A DNA stretch of 64,000 bases, taken from contig DAOUMV010000025.1 of the NCBI GenBank assembly GCA_034408935.1, positions 30,281 through 94,280 of the forward strand, written 5' to 3'. Origin of the DNA: Dehalococcoidia bacterium (GTDB lineage Bacteria; Chloroflexota; Dehalococcoidia; SM23-28-2; RBG-16-64-32). The position numbers and the translations under genes were made by a program. Positions 17,347 through 26,015 of the stretch are shown one piece after another; within the stretch, counting starts at the first letter, position 1; the number at the start of each line of letters is the position of its first letter. The notes beneath the pieces are model-generated. The model did not search any database and had not been told where the DNA came from. It was given only the letters and a program-made list of their open reading frames with translations.

Positions 17347-19641
17347 CTACGAGCCGCTGCCGCCTACGGTCGCCGGCTCCGCCTCCAGCGCCCCCTCCGC
17401 CTTGGCGATGATCTCCCTCGTCTTATCGATGACGTCCGGGTTCACCGACACTGACGTGATCCCCCACTCCACCAGCTTCTGCGTTATCTCCGGGTAGTCG
17501 CTTGGTGCCTGGCCGCAGATGGAGCTTGTGATCCCCCGCCTCTTGGCCGTCGTCACCAACTGCTCAAGAGCCAGCATCACCGCCTCGTTCCGCTCGTCGA
17601 ACTCCATTTGGAACGCGGCGTTGTCCCGGTCGATCCCCAGCGTCAACTGCGTCAGGTCGTTCGACCCGATGCTGATCCCGTCGATGCCAACGTCGATGAA
17701 CCGATCGAGGATGAACACGTTCGAGGGCACCTCCGCCATCATCCACAGCTTGAACTCGTCCGACCGTTGCAGCCCCTCGCGATCCAGGATCTCCTTCACC
17801 TCCGCCAGCTCCTCCGGCGTCCGCACGAAGGGGATCATCACCCACAGGTTGGGGTACTCGCTCCGCACCCGCTTGATCGCCTCTATCTCCAGCTTGAACG
17901 CTTCCTCGTCGCGCGCGTAGCGGGAGGCGCCCCGATACCCGATCATCGGGTTCTCTTCGTCGGGCTCGTACTTCGCGCCGCCCTTCAGGTTACTGTACTC
18001 GTTCGTCTTGAAGTCCGTCGTGCGGTAGACCACCGGCCGAGGGTGGAACGCCTTGGCGAAGGAGCGCAGGCCGTCGGCCAGCTTCTCGATAAACTCCTCC
18101 TGGCGCCCTTCCTCGATGACCAGGCTGGGGTGCTCCCCGATCTGCGCCACGATGAACTCCGCGCGCAGAAGGCCCACGCCGTCAACATGCTGCCTCGCCA
18201 CCCGATCCGCCAGCTCCGGTTCCGCAAGGTTGACGTACACCCTAGTACGAGTCTTGATGTCGGCAGCGACCGCGCGGCGCTTCTTCTCTTCTTCCGCCCA
18301 GGCCAGGCGGGCCTCGGCTCGCCCCTCGTAGACGCACCCGCCGGAGCCGTCCACAGTGATCGTCTGCCCGGTGCTCAGGCTCTTGGTGGCCTCTCCGGTG
18401 CCCACCACGCAGGGGATGCCCAGCTCGCGAGAGACGATGGCGGCGTGCGCGGTGCGGCCGCCCTTGTCGGTGACGATGGCCGCCGCCCGCTTCATCGCGG
18501 GCACGAAGTCCGGGGTAGTCATCTCGGCGACTAGGACGTCGCCGTTGACCACCTTGTCGATCTCCGATGGGCTGAGGACTATCTTCACCTCACCTACGGC
18601 TACGCCGGGACTGGCCGGTGAGCCTTGGAGGAGGACAGGCGCTGTCTCTTCCGGCAGATCCGCTCCCCTCGCCGCCTCAGCGGTGACCGTCACCGGCCGC
18701 GTCTGCACTATGTACAGATCGCCGTCGGTTTCCGCCCATTCGATGTCCTGGGGGAACCCGTAGTACTCCTCCACCCGCTTGCCGATCTCCGCCAGCGCCA
18801 CGACCTGCTCGTCCGAGAGCTTCTGGAGCTGCGCTTCCTCCTTGGGGATCTCCACCCAGTGGATGTTTTCCTCTGGGGAGGTGGCCGACTCCGGGTTGGC
18901 GACGAGCTGCTTCTCTTGGCTGGCCACCCTCCTCTCCACGATCGAGAGCGATTCCTTGTCCACAACGTACAAGTCGGGAGTAACAGCGCCGGACACGATC
19001 GCCTCTCCAAGGCCGTAGATGGCCTCAATCACTACCTTGCTCCTGTCTCCGCTCACCGGCTCCATGGTGAACATCACGCCGGAGTGCTGGGACTGAACCA
19101 TGCGCTGGACCGGTACCGCGATGCCCACCTTCATGTGCTCGAAGCCGCCCTCCGCACGGTAGAAGATCGCCCGCGCCTCGAACAACGAGGCCCAGCAGGC
19201 CTGCGTGGCAGTCACTACGTCGTCCTCGCCGATCACGTTGAGGAAGGTGCTCTGCTGTCCGGCGAAGGACGCCTCCGGCAGGTCCTCAGCTGTGGCCGAG
19301 CTGCGCACCGCTACTGGGCCTTCCCCCAGATCACGGTAAGCACGCTTGATTGCGGTTGCTGTCTCTGCCCCCATCTCCGCTTCCGTGATCATCTGTCTGA
19401 TCTCGGCGGCCACCTTCTGCAGTTGGGCGCTGTCGTTCGGGTCGATGGTTGAGAGGAACTGGGAGATCTTGGGCCGTAGTCCCGACTCATCGAGGAAGTG
19501 GAAGTAGGCCTGCGAGGTAACGATGAACCCCGGGGGTACGGGTATGCCAGCCTTCGTCATCTCCCCCAGGTTAGCTCCCTTTCCACCCACCATCCCGATG
19601 TCACCCTTGTCCACTTCCTGGAACCAGACCACTCGTTTCAT
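17347..19641 (-). CDS. ppsA: Phosphoenolpyruvate synthase
   Basis: VGGKGANLGEM, AVRSSATAEDLPEASFAGQQ, GGRTAHAAIVSRELG phospho-His, EENPMIGYRG, SIGSNDLTQ; start moved to MKRVVWF after an AGGAG RBS. Confidence 0.95.
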   Translation of the reverse strand: MKRVVWFQEVDKGDIGMVGGKGANLGEMTKAGIPVPPGFIVTSQAYFHFLDESGLRPKISQFLSTIDPNDSAQLQKVAAEIRQMITEAEMGAETATAIKRAYRDLGEGPVAVRSSATAEDLPEASFAGQQSTFLNVIGEDDVVTATQACWASLFEARAIFYRAEGGFEHMKVGIAVPVQRMVQSQHSGVMFTMEPVSGDRSKVVIEAIYGLGEAIVSGAVTPDLYVVDKESLSIVERRVASQEKQLVANPESATSPEENIHWVEIPKEEAQLQKLSDEQVVALAEIGKRVEEYYGFPQDIEWAETDGDLYIVQTRPVTVTAEAARGADLPEETAPVLLQGSPASPGVAVGEVKIVLSPSEIDKVVNGDVLVAEMTTPDFVPAMKRAAAIVTDKGGRTAHAAIVSRELGIPCVVGTGEATKSLSTGQTITVDGSGGCVYEGRAEARLAWAEEEKKRRAVAADIKTRTRVYVNLAEPELADRVARQHVDGVGLLRAEFIVAQIGEHPSLVIEEGRQEEFIEKLADGLRSFAKAFHPRPVVYRTTDFKTNEYSNLKGGAKYEPDEENPMIGYRGASRYARDEEAFKLEIEAIKRVRSEYPNLWVMIPFVRTPEELAEVKEILDREGLQRSDEFKLWMMAEVPSNVFILDRFIDVGIDGISIGSNDLTQLTLGIDRDNAAFQMEFDERNEAVMLALEQLVTTAKRRGITSSICGQAPSDYPEITQKLVEWGITSVSVNPDVIDKTREIIAKAEGALEAEPATVGGSGS

Positions 19642-19750
19642 GCCTGCGCTCCTCCTGTCAGAAGCCTCTCGGGCCCGCCTGTCTGAAGATCGCCAACACG
19701 TAATTATACATGGCCTGTGCTTATGACGCGGCAAGAGGGTGTGAGTGAAG

Positions 19751-21595
19751 CTATTCGACGGTGACCGTCTTGGCGAGGTTGCGCGGTTGGTCGACGTCGC
19801 AGCCGCGCCGCACGGCGATGTGGTAGGCGAAAATCTGAAGGGGGATAGCGGTGGAGATGGGCGACAGCAGAGACGACGCCTCCGGCACTCGGATGACATG
19901 GTCCGCCTTCTCCGCCAGCTGATCGTCTCCCTCTGAGCCCAGGGCGATGACCGTGCCCTCCCGCGCCTTCACCTGCTCGATGTTGCTCATCATCTTCTCG
20001 TACAGTTCATCCTTGGGGGCAATGGCGATGACCGGCATCTCCGGGTCTATCAGGGCGATCGGCCCGTGCTTCATCTCCCCGGCCGGGTAGCCTTCGGCGT
20101 GGATGTAGCTGACCTCCTTCAGCTTGAGAGCGCCTTCCATCGCTATGGGGAACTGGATACCGCGACCCAGGTAGAGGAAGTTGTTGTAGCGGAAGAACTG
20201 ATTGGCTAGCCGCTCGAACTCCTTTTCCCGCTTGGTGATCTCGCCGGCCAGGTAGGGCAGCCGTGCCAGCGGCTGCAGCAGCCCTCCCATCCGTTCGCGG
20301 TCGATCACGCCCCGAATCTGGCCCAGATAGCAGGCGAGTAGGTACAGCGCCGTCACCGAAGCGGTGAACGTCTTCGTGCTGCAGACGCCGATCTCCAGGC
20401 CGCAGCGAGTGTACACCACGCCGTCGGCAGCGCGGGTGGCCTGGCTGCCCACCACGTTGCAGATGGTGACTTGGGACGCCCCTTTCCGCCGCGCCTCTTC
20501 CATCGCCGCCAGGGTGTCCACCGTCTCTCCCGACTGCCCTACCGAGACCACCAGCGTGTCGGGCCCCATGATAGGGCCTCGATAGCGGTACTCGGAGGCG
20601 TTGTCCACCTCCGCCGGCAACCCGGCGATGCGCTCCATGTAGTGCCGGCCGATCATCGCAGCGTGGAGGCTCGTCCCCATGGCCACGAGGACCACCCGTC
20701 GCACCTGTGACAGTTGCTGCTTGCTCAGGGGGATATCCTCCAGCTCCACTACTGGCGAATCGAACTGGGCGCGGCCGCGGATCGTATTCAGGATCGACTC
20801 AGGCTGCTCCATGATCTCCTTGAGCATGAAGTGCTTGTAGGTACCCTTGGCCGCCGAGATCGGGTCGTAAGGGACCCCTTGCGGCTGCTTGTCCAAGGGC
20901 TGGCCGTCCCCGCTCCAGTAGGACACGCCAGTGGCGGTGACGCGCGCCACCTCTCGGTCGTCCAGGAACGCCACCCGGCGGGTGTGGGGGAGCAGGGCGG
21001 GGAGGTCGCTGGCCAGGAAGTTCTCGCCCCCGCCGCAGCCGACGACCACGCCGCCGGCGTTGCCCACGCGCGCCGCCACCAGCGTGCCCGGCTCCGAGCG
21101 GCTCATGGCCACGATGGCGTGCGCCCCTCGCAGGCGGGCGATCGTCTTTCCCAGGGCCCCCACCAGTTCCTCGTCCTCGCCGAGGTAGTGCTCTAGGAGA
21201 TGGGGGATCACCTCAGTGTCCGTCTCCGAGGCGAAGGTGTGCCCGGCGGCCACCAGCTCCGTCTTCAGATCCAGGTAATTCTCCACGATGCCGTTGTGGA
21301 TCACCACCACGTCACCTGTGCAGTCCGCGTGGGGGTGGGCGTTGACGTCGTTGGGCTTTCCATGGGTGGCCCAGCGTGTGTGGCCGATGCCTTCCTGCCC
21401 GCTGGGCCAGCGGCCGGCGACGGAGGCGGCTAGGCTCTCCAGCTTGCCCACTCGCTTATGGATCGACAGGTCGCCCTTCGTCTCCAGGATGGCGATGCCT
21501 GCGCTGTCGTAGCCGCGGTACTCTAGCCGTTTCAGCCCATCGATGAGGATGGGGCCTGCGGGCCGCGACCCCACGTATCCCATGATGCCGCACAT
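19751..21595 (-). CDS. glmS: Glutamine--fructose-6-phosphate aminotransferase
   Basis: MCGIMGY, RLEYRGYDSAG, GHTRWATHG, EGALKLKE, PRNLAKTVTVE. Confidence 0.98.
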   Translation of the reverse strand: MCGIMGYVGSRPAGPILIDGLKRLEYRGYDSAGIAILETKGDLSIHKRVGKLESLAASVAGRWPSGQEGIGHTRWATHGKPNDVNAHPHADCTGDVVVIHNGIVENYLDLKTELVAAGHTFASETDTEVIPHLLEHYLGEDEELVGALGKTIARLRGAHAIVAMSRSEPGTLVAARVGNAGGVVVGCGGGENFLASDLPALLPHTRRVAFLDDREVARVTATGVSYWSGDGQPLDKQPQGVPYDPISAAKGTYKHFMLKEIMEQPESILNTIRGRAQFDSPVVELEDIPLSKQQLSQVRRVVLVAMGTSLHAAMIGRHYMERIAGLPAEVDNASEYRYRGPIMGPDTLVVSVGQSGETVDTLAAMEEARRKGASQVTICNVVGSQATRAADGVVYTRCGLEIGVCSTKTFTASVTALYLLACYLGQIRGVIDRERMGGLLQPLARLPYLAGEITKREKEFERLANQFFRYNNFLYLGRGIQFPIAMEGALKLKEVSYIHAEGYPAGEMKHGPIALIDPEMPVIAIAPKDELYEKMMSNIEQVKAREGTVIALGSEGDDQLAEKADHVIRVPEASSLLSPISTAIPLQIFAYHIAVRRGCDVDQPRNLAKTVTVE

Positions 21596-21673
21596 AGATG
21601 AAGTCCCTTGCTGCTGGCCGTTCTTTCACTGTAAGTAACGTCTCCCGAGGTTCTGAGTTATGCCGCCTCGGGA

Positions 21674-22546
21674 TCAGTTAGCGCTGGTCGTACTTGCCAG
21701 CTCCTGGGCGATCTCCTGGACGCGGCGGACCACTGCCTCCACCGCGGACTCCGGCGTTGAGGCGCCCGCTGTGACGCCAACCCGCTGGCAGTCCTGGAGC
21801 CACTCCGTCTCCAGTTCCTCCGCCGACTCCACCTGGTGGGCGGTCGTGCCCTCCTCCCGGCAGACTGCCAGCAGGTGTCTGGTGTTAGCGCTGCTTCGGC
21901 CGCCGACCACCAGCATCACGTCCACTTCCTGGGCCAGCTCCCGAGCCGCTGCCTGGTGACTCGACGTAACGTTGCACAGTGTGTTGATGACTCGCAGTTC
22001 GCTGATGTCGCTTACGCGGTTCTGTATCAGCTTGGAGACGAAGAGAGCGAACTGCTCCGGGGTCTGCGTGGTCTGCGATATAACGGCCAGACGGGTGGGG
22101 AGGTCGTCCGGGATGTCGTCATCGTCCGCCAGGGCCAGGGCGTTTCCCCCGGCCCAGGCCAGTACGCCTCTGACCTCGCGGTGGTTGGGGTCGCCGAAGA
22201 CGACCACTGTGAAGCCAGCATCGGCCATCTTCTTGGCCCATCGCTGGGAACGAGTGACGATTGGACAGGTGGCATCGACCACTTCCGAACTCCTCGCCCG
22301 TGCCTCCTCCAGTGTCTGGGGGCCTACACCGTGGGCGGTGATGGCCACCGGACCCCCTGCGCCGTCCAGGGGTTCACTGCTGACGCACACGCCCTTGCTC
22401 TCAAGATCACGTACGACCTGCGGGTTGTGTACGATCGGCCCCAGGCTTATGATCTCCCCGTTCTCCGCTGCCGCTTTCTCCATGATGTCGATCGCGCGGC
22501 GTACGCCCCAGCAGAAGCCCATATCCCTCGCCAGCAGTATCTCCAT
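21674..22546 (-). CDS. ispH: 4-hydroxy-3-methylbut-2-enyl diphosphate reductase
   Basis: GFCWGVRRA, IVHN, DATCP, NTLC, VGGRSSANT, GVTAGASTP; start reassigned to MEILLA. Confidence 0.95.
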   Translation of the reverse strand: MEILLARDMGFCWGVRRAIDIMEKAAAENGEIISLGPIVHNPQVVRDLESKGVCVSSEPLDGAGGPVAITAHGVGPQTLEEARARSSEVVDATCPIVTRSQRWAKKMADAGFTVVVFGDPNHREVRGVLAWAGGNALALADDDDIPDDLPTRLAVISQTTQTPEQFALFVSKLIQNRVSDISELRVINTLCNVTSSHQAAARELAQEVDVMLVVGGRSSANTRHLLAVCREEGTTAHQVESAEELETEWLQDCQRVGVTAGASTPESAVEAVVRRVQEIAQELASTTSAN

Positions 22547-22548
22547 AC

Positions 22549-23238
22549 CTACCTCGCTCCACCTTTCGTCTCCAGCGCCTGCGGCTGCCCGGCGGCGTAC
22601 ACGCCGCGGTATCGTTCCGGCAGCAGCTCGGCTATCCGCCTCATGATGAGGTCGGTGCCATGCTCCACCGCCTCTTTGGTAAGCCGTTGCGGCTTTGGCA
22701 GGTAAAACGGCTCGCCGAATACTACGTGCACCGATGTCCAGGGCGGGAAGAATGCACGCGGCAGCTTGACCCCCTCCGTGCCCCATATCGCCACGGGCAT
22801 GACCGGCGTGTTGGCGCGCATGGCCAGCAGCGCCGTGCCGGGCTCGCCCCGCCCCAGTCCGCTCTCGCCGGTGCGGGTGCCCTCCGGGAACATCCCCAGC
22901 ACCAGACCTCGCTGGAGCGTTTCCTTGGATCGCCTCAACGCCCGCAGGTCGCCCTCGAAGCGCCGCACCGGGATGCATCCGAACAAGTGGTACAGGAGCC
23001 CGAACACCGGAATATCGAACAGCTCTTGCTTGCCCATCCAGACGACGCGTCGGGGCATGACCACGGTGAGGATCGGTGGATCCGCCAAGTTCAGGTGGTT
23101 GCTGGCCAGGATTAGCGCCCCTTTCCGGGGGATGCGTTCCCGTCCCTTAACGTCGCGGCGGGTGACCAGCAAGATCAGCGCCGACGCCCAGCTTCTGACG
23201 TTGATCCAGTAGAACACCGCGTGGAACAGGTTCCTCAC
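22549..23238 (-). CDS. plsC: 1-acyl-sn-glycerol-3-phosphate acyltransferase
   Basis: NHLNLAD (HX4D) and FPEGTR motifs. Confidence 0.9.
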   Translation of the reverse strand: MRNLFHAVFYWINVRSWASALILLVTRRDVKGRERIPRKGALILASNHLNLADPPILTVVMPRRVVWMGKQELFDIPVFGLLYHLFGCIPVRRFEGDLRALRRSKETLQRGLVLGMFPEGTRTGESGLGRGEPGTALLAMRANTPVMPVAIWGTEGVKLPRAFFPPWTSVHVVFGEPFYLPKPQRLTKEAVEHGTDLIMRRIAELLPERYRGVYAAGQPQALETKGGAR

Positions 23239-23975
23239 GCTGAGCCCTCCACCAGCTCCAGCACCCGCTGCACGACCTCCTCTAGCGTCAGTCCATCCGT
23301 ATCGATGACGATGGCCTCCTCTGCCGGCCGGAGCGGCGATACTGAGCGCTCCGAGTCGATCCGGTCCCGCCGCCGCAGGTCCCGCAGCACCGCCTCCTCC
23401 GTCAGGTCCATGCCCAGCGCCGACAGCTCAGCGAACCGTCGGCTTGCCCTCTCCTCCACGGACGCGTCCAGGTACACCTTCAGGTCCGCCTGCGGGAGAA
23501 CCACAGTGCCGATGTCGCGACCGGCCATTACCACGGGGTTCCTTCCCGCCAGCTCTCGCTGCACCTTCAGCAGCGCTTCCCGCACCCCCGCCACCCGAGA
23601 GACCAGCGAGACCGCCGCCTCCACCCCCGGCTGGCGCAGGTTGCGCGTCACGTCCTCCCCGTCGACGAAGATCGTGCACGGCTCGATGCTGTCCGAGGTG
23701 GGAGGGCCGATGTCTATGCTGATGGAGGCGGCCAACTCGCTGAGGGCGTCCTCGTCGCTGAGGTCTTCGCCGCGGCGCAGCGCCGCCCACGTCATCGCCC
23801 GATAAATAGCGCCCGTGTCCAGAAACGGGTATCCAAGGTGGCAGCCCGTCTGGCGCCCGACGGTGGTCTTGCCCGCCGCCGCTGGGCCGTCTATGGCGAT
23901 GACCCGCGGGACTCTCGGATTGCGCCGCGAGGCCGTTGCCTGCCTTGATCCGGCTGCGGCTGCCCCATCACTCAT
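23235..23975 (-). CDS. cmk: Cytidylate kinase
   Basis: IAIDGPAAAGKTT, LDTGAIYRA, GRDIGTVV, RDRIDSER. Confidence 0.95.
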   Translation of the reverse strand: MSDGAAAAGSRQATASRRNPRVPRVIAIDGPAAAGKTTVGRQTGCHLGYPFLDTGAIYRAMTWAALRRGEDLSDEDALSELAASISIDIGPPTSDSIEPCTIFVDGEDVTRNLRQPGVEAAVSLVSRVAGVREALLKVQRELAGRNPVVMAGRDIGTVVLPQADLKVYLDASVEERASRRFAELSALGMDLTEEAVLRDLRRRDRIDSERSVSPLRPAEEAIVIDTDGLTLEEVVQRVLELVEGSA

Positions 23976-24031
23976 CGATATCGATTATAGGTGACGACTG
24001 TTTCGCCCAGCAAGGCGAGCCCTCCACCAGG
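23973..24031 (+). repeat. Junction repeat R, copy D
   Basis: CATCGATATCGATTATAGGTGAC...TTTCGCCCAGCAAGGCGAGCCCTCCACCAGG; shares blocks with copies at 24679, 25558 and 26862. Confidence 0.85.
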
Positions 24032-24055
24032 TCAGGCGGCTACAGGCGGCCGAGG

Positions 24056-24079
24056 CCGCCGCGATTGTGCGCCTGGGCT
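24056..24079 (-). repeat. Promoter module P, partial copy (-10 half, no -35)
   Basis: CCGCCGCGATTGTGCGCCTGGGCT; 23/24 identical to 24600-24623. Confidence 0.8.
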
Positions 24080-24092
24080 GGGCGTAGGGGCC

Positions 24093-24575
24093 TCAGAGGC
24101 AGGTGCCGACTTGCAACGGGCTTTCCCAGAGACAGACATTCACCTCAATCCATCGGCAGACTTCACCTGGCGGGCAGCCAATATGTGCCTCGTCGCAGTG
24201 CACCCACCAGTGGCCTTTCTCCCACGTCGCCGTGCATGACGAGGGGTGTACGACCCAGAGCCCAGCATACGGAAACGTCAGCATGCCGTTCCGGAGCTCG
24301 CCTCTTTCGAGTGCCTTCACAACCAAGGTCACGACTTCCGCTGTGGTAAGGGTTGGAGGCGTCGGCTCTGGTGACGGGGTCGGTGTCGGTGACGCTTCAG
24401 GGGTTGCCGTGGAGCGAGGGCCTTGGGCGGCTTCGCTGTCCCCCATGCCATCGTCCCCGCCAGTGGCGATGACCACGGTGAGTGTCACGGCCAGCGCTAT
24501 GACAACGGCCACGACGCCGAGCAACGGCCCCTTCAGGTTCCAGGGCAGGTTCCAGACTGCTTTGAGCCAGCCCAC
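24093..24575 (-). CDS. Membrane-anchored hypothetical protein (TM helix, Pro/Thr linker, 6-Cys domain)
   Basis: GAGGTAGG RBS and GTG start; TM LLGVVAVVIALAVTLTVVIA; TPTPSPEPTP; Cys/Trp-rich C-terminus. Confidence 0.7.
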   Translation of the reverse strand: MGWLKAVWNLPWNLKGPLLGVVAVVIALAVTLTVVIATGGDDGMGDSEAAQGPRSTATPEASPTPTPSPEPTPPTLTTAEVVTLVVKALERGELRNGMLTFPYAGLWVVHPSSCTATWEKGHWWVHCDEAHIGCPPGEVCRWIEVNVCLWESPLQVGTCL

Positions 24576-24599
24576 GTTGTCCTACCTCGCTTCCCCTTC

Positions 24600-24636
24600 C
24601 CGCCGCGATTGTGCTCCTGGGCTCGGTGGGTGTCAA
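24600..24636 (-). promoter_or_regulatory. Promoter module P (TTGACA-N17-CACAAT)
   Basis: Minus strand TTGACA 24636-24631, 17 nt, CACAAT 24613-24608, upstream of the 24575 start. Confidence 0.75.
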
Positions 24637-24678
24637 CGGGAGCATCTATCACCGCACAGCGCTGAGGCTGGGACAGTA

Positions 24679-24742
24679 CATCGATATCGATTACTCGTTA
24701 CGGCCCTTTCGCCCGGCAAGGTGAGCCCTCCACCAGGCGTGG
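24679..24742 (+). repeat. Junction repeat R, copy C
   Basis: CATCGATATCGATTA (15 nt identical to 23973-23987), then TTTCGCCCGGCAAGGTGAGCCCTCCACCAGGCGTGG. Confidence 0.85.
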
Positions 24743-24752
24743 ATAGGCCTCG

Positions 24753-24789
24753 TTGACGCCCGTCCCGGCCAGGCGCACAATCACGGTGG
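24753..24789 (+). promoter_or_regulatory. Promoter module P (TTGACG-N17-CACAAT)
   Basis: TTGACG 24753-24758, 17 nt, CACAAT 24776-24781, upstream of the 24818 start. Confidence 0.75.
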
Positions 24790-24817
24790 GTGGGTTGGAA
24801 GGTACGAAGGAGACACG

Positions 24818-25453
24818 ATGAGGATTCTTGCGGTTGTCGCCATCGCGGTTCCCGTTCTGTTGGCTTTCGCAGTCGCCTGTGGGGACGATAACAAGGGGGT
24901 ACAGGTGTTTCCCAGCCCCGCGGGCGAGTCTGAAGGCGAGGCAGACGAAGCGGATGGGGTGGAGGACGTAGGCGAAGCGGGAGAGGAAGGCGCGGATGAG
25001 GTGGAGGCCACCTCGACTCCGGAGTCCACGCCTGAGCCCACCGTCACGGCGGAGGCCACGTCAACCCCGGAAGCGACGCCCGCAGGAGAGGAAGCCTGCC
25101 CGGATGCAGACGGAGACGACGTGTGTGACGACGATGACCTGTGTCCCGACACCGCTGACGGGAGCGTGGTGGATGACGTGGGCTGCTCCGATGCTCAGGT
25201 GGACCAGGACAACGACGGCATCTGCGACCCGGCCGCGGCGAGTGATGGCCCAGGCGACTGCGATCTAGTCGACGACAACTGCCCGCTCGCGCCCAACCCC
25301 GACCAGGACGATTTCGACGGCGACCTCGAAGGCGACGAGTGTGACGACGACGACGACAACGATGGCTTCACCGATGCCGAAGAGATAGACGCTGGCTCGG
25401 ACCCCCTCGATCCGGCCAGCTTTCCCCCAGTGGGCTGGGGGCCCGGTGCTTGA
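24818..25453 (+). CDS. Lipoprotein with an acidic Pro/Thr linker and thrombospondin type-3 repeats
   Basis: AAGGAG RBS; signal peptide ending AVA-C (lipobox); DADGDDVCDDDDLCP and DNCPLAPNPDQDDFDGD repeats. Confidence 0.82.
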   Translation: MRILAVVAIAVPVLLAFAVACGDDNKGVQVFPSPAGESEGEADEADGVEDVGEAGEEGADEVEATSTPESTPEPTVTAEATSTPEATPAGEEACPDADGDDVCDDDDLCPDTADGSVVDDVGCSDAQVDQDNDGICDPAAASDGPGDCDLVDDNCPLAPNPDQDDFDGDLEGDECDDDDDNDGFTDAEEIDAGSDPLDPASFPPVGWGPGA

Positions 25454-25557
25454 GGGAAGACGCCAACACCGGTAGCAGCATCGACGACGTGGACGGCGAT
25501 GGCCTCACCGACGGCGTCGACCCAGGCTGTCCCTACGACCGCCTCGCGGATTCGTCG

Positions 25558-25628
25558 TTTCGCCCACCGAGGCGAGCCCTCCACCAGGCGTGGCCGGCGA
25601 GCGTGCCCAGGGCCACCCCCGGCACGCC
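25558..25628 (+). repeat. Junction repeat R, copy B
   Basis: 25573-25628 is a 56-nt exact copy of 26891-26946 (3' end of the 26857-28767 gene). Confidence 0.92.
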
Positions 25629-25659
25629 TGCTGCCAATCGCAGTATATCCACTCCATGA

Positions 25660-25845
25660 CTAGCTTCCCACTGCCTTCTCGTGAAGGTGCTCATGGTTGT
25701 GGGGGGCGTCGCTTCGGTGAGTGTGCTCATGCTTGTGTCGGTAGGGGTAGGGCTTGACATCGGCGTGGTGGTGGGTGTGAGGGTAAGGATCAAGGTCAGT
25801 TCCAATGTCGCCATTTTCCTTTGCCCGCTCTTGCTCAGCACTCAT
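25660..25845 (-). CDS. His-rich miniprotein (61 aa, putative metal-binding)
   Basis: AAAGGAG RBS then ATG; 12 His in HxHxHxH arrays (HTHHH, HKHEHTH, HNHEHLH). Confidence 0.7.
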   Translation of the reverse strand: MSAEQERAKENGDIGTDLDPYPHTHHHADVKPYPYRHKHEHTHRSDAPHNHEHLHEKAVGS

Positions 25846-25966
25846 AGTGTCTCCTTTCGTCAGCGCCGTGGGCCCCACCTATGCCACGATAGAATTTACT
25901 CCGAATCGCCACCCTGTCAATAGGGAAAGATACGAAACTGCCGCCGTCGAAACGGGTCGAGCACCG

Positions 25967-26001
25967 TTGACACCCGCTCGGCCCAGGCCCACAATCGCGG
26001 C
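25967..26001 (+). promoter_or_regulatory. Promoter module P (TTGACA-N17-CACAAT), antisense to the HEPN gene
   Basis: TTGACA 25967-25972, 17 nt, CACAAT 25990-25995; spacer homologous to the other P copies. Confidence 0.7.
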
Positions 26002-26015
26002 TGTTGCCAGGGCTG

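Noticed and set aside
21596-21673. glmS ribozyme upstream of glmS
   Set aside because: Only a TCCCGAGG...CCTCGGGA hairpin; the AGCGCC/GACGAGG core motifs are absent and the space is too short
25451-25453. Selenocysteine/stop readthrough joining the lipoprotein to the downstream TSP3 fragment
   Set aside because: The fragment is in a different frame, so readthrough would not join them
25533-25841. 102-aa alternative-frame ORF ending in the GVPGVALGTLAGHAWWRARL anchor
   Set aside because: It arises from reading through repeat copy B; the overlapping His-rich frame has the good RBS
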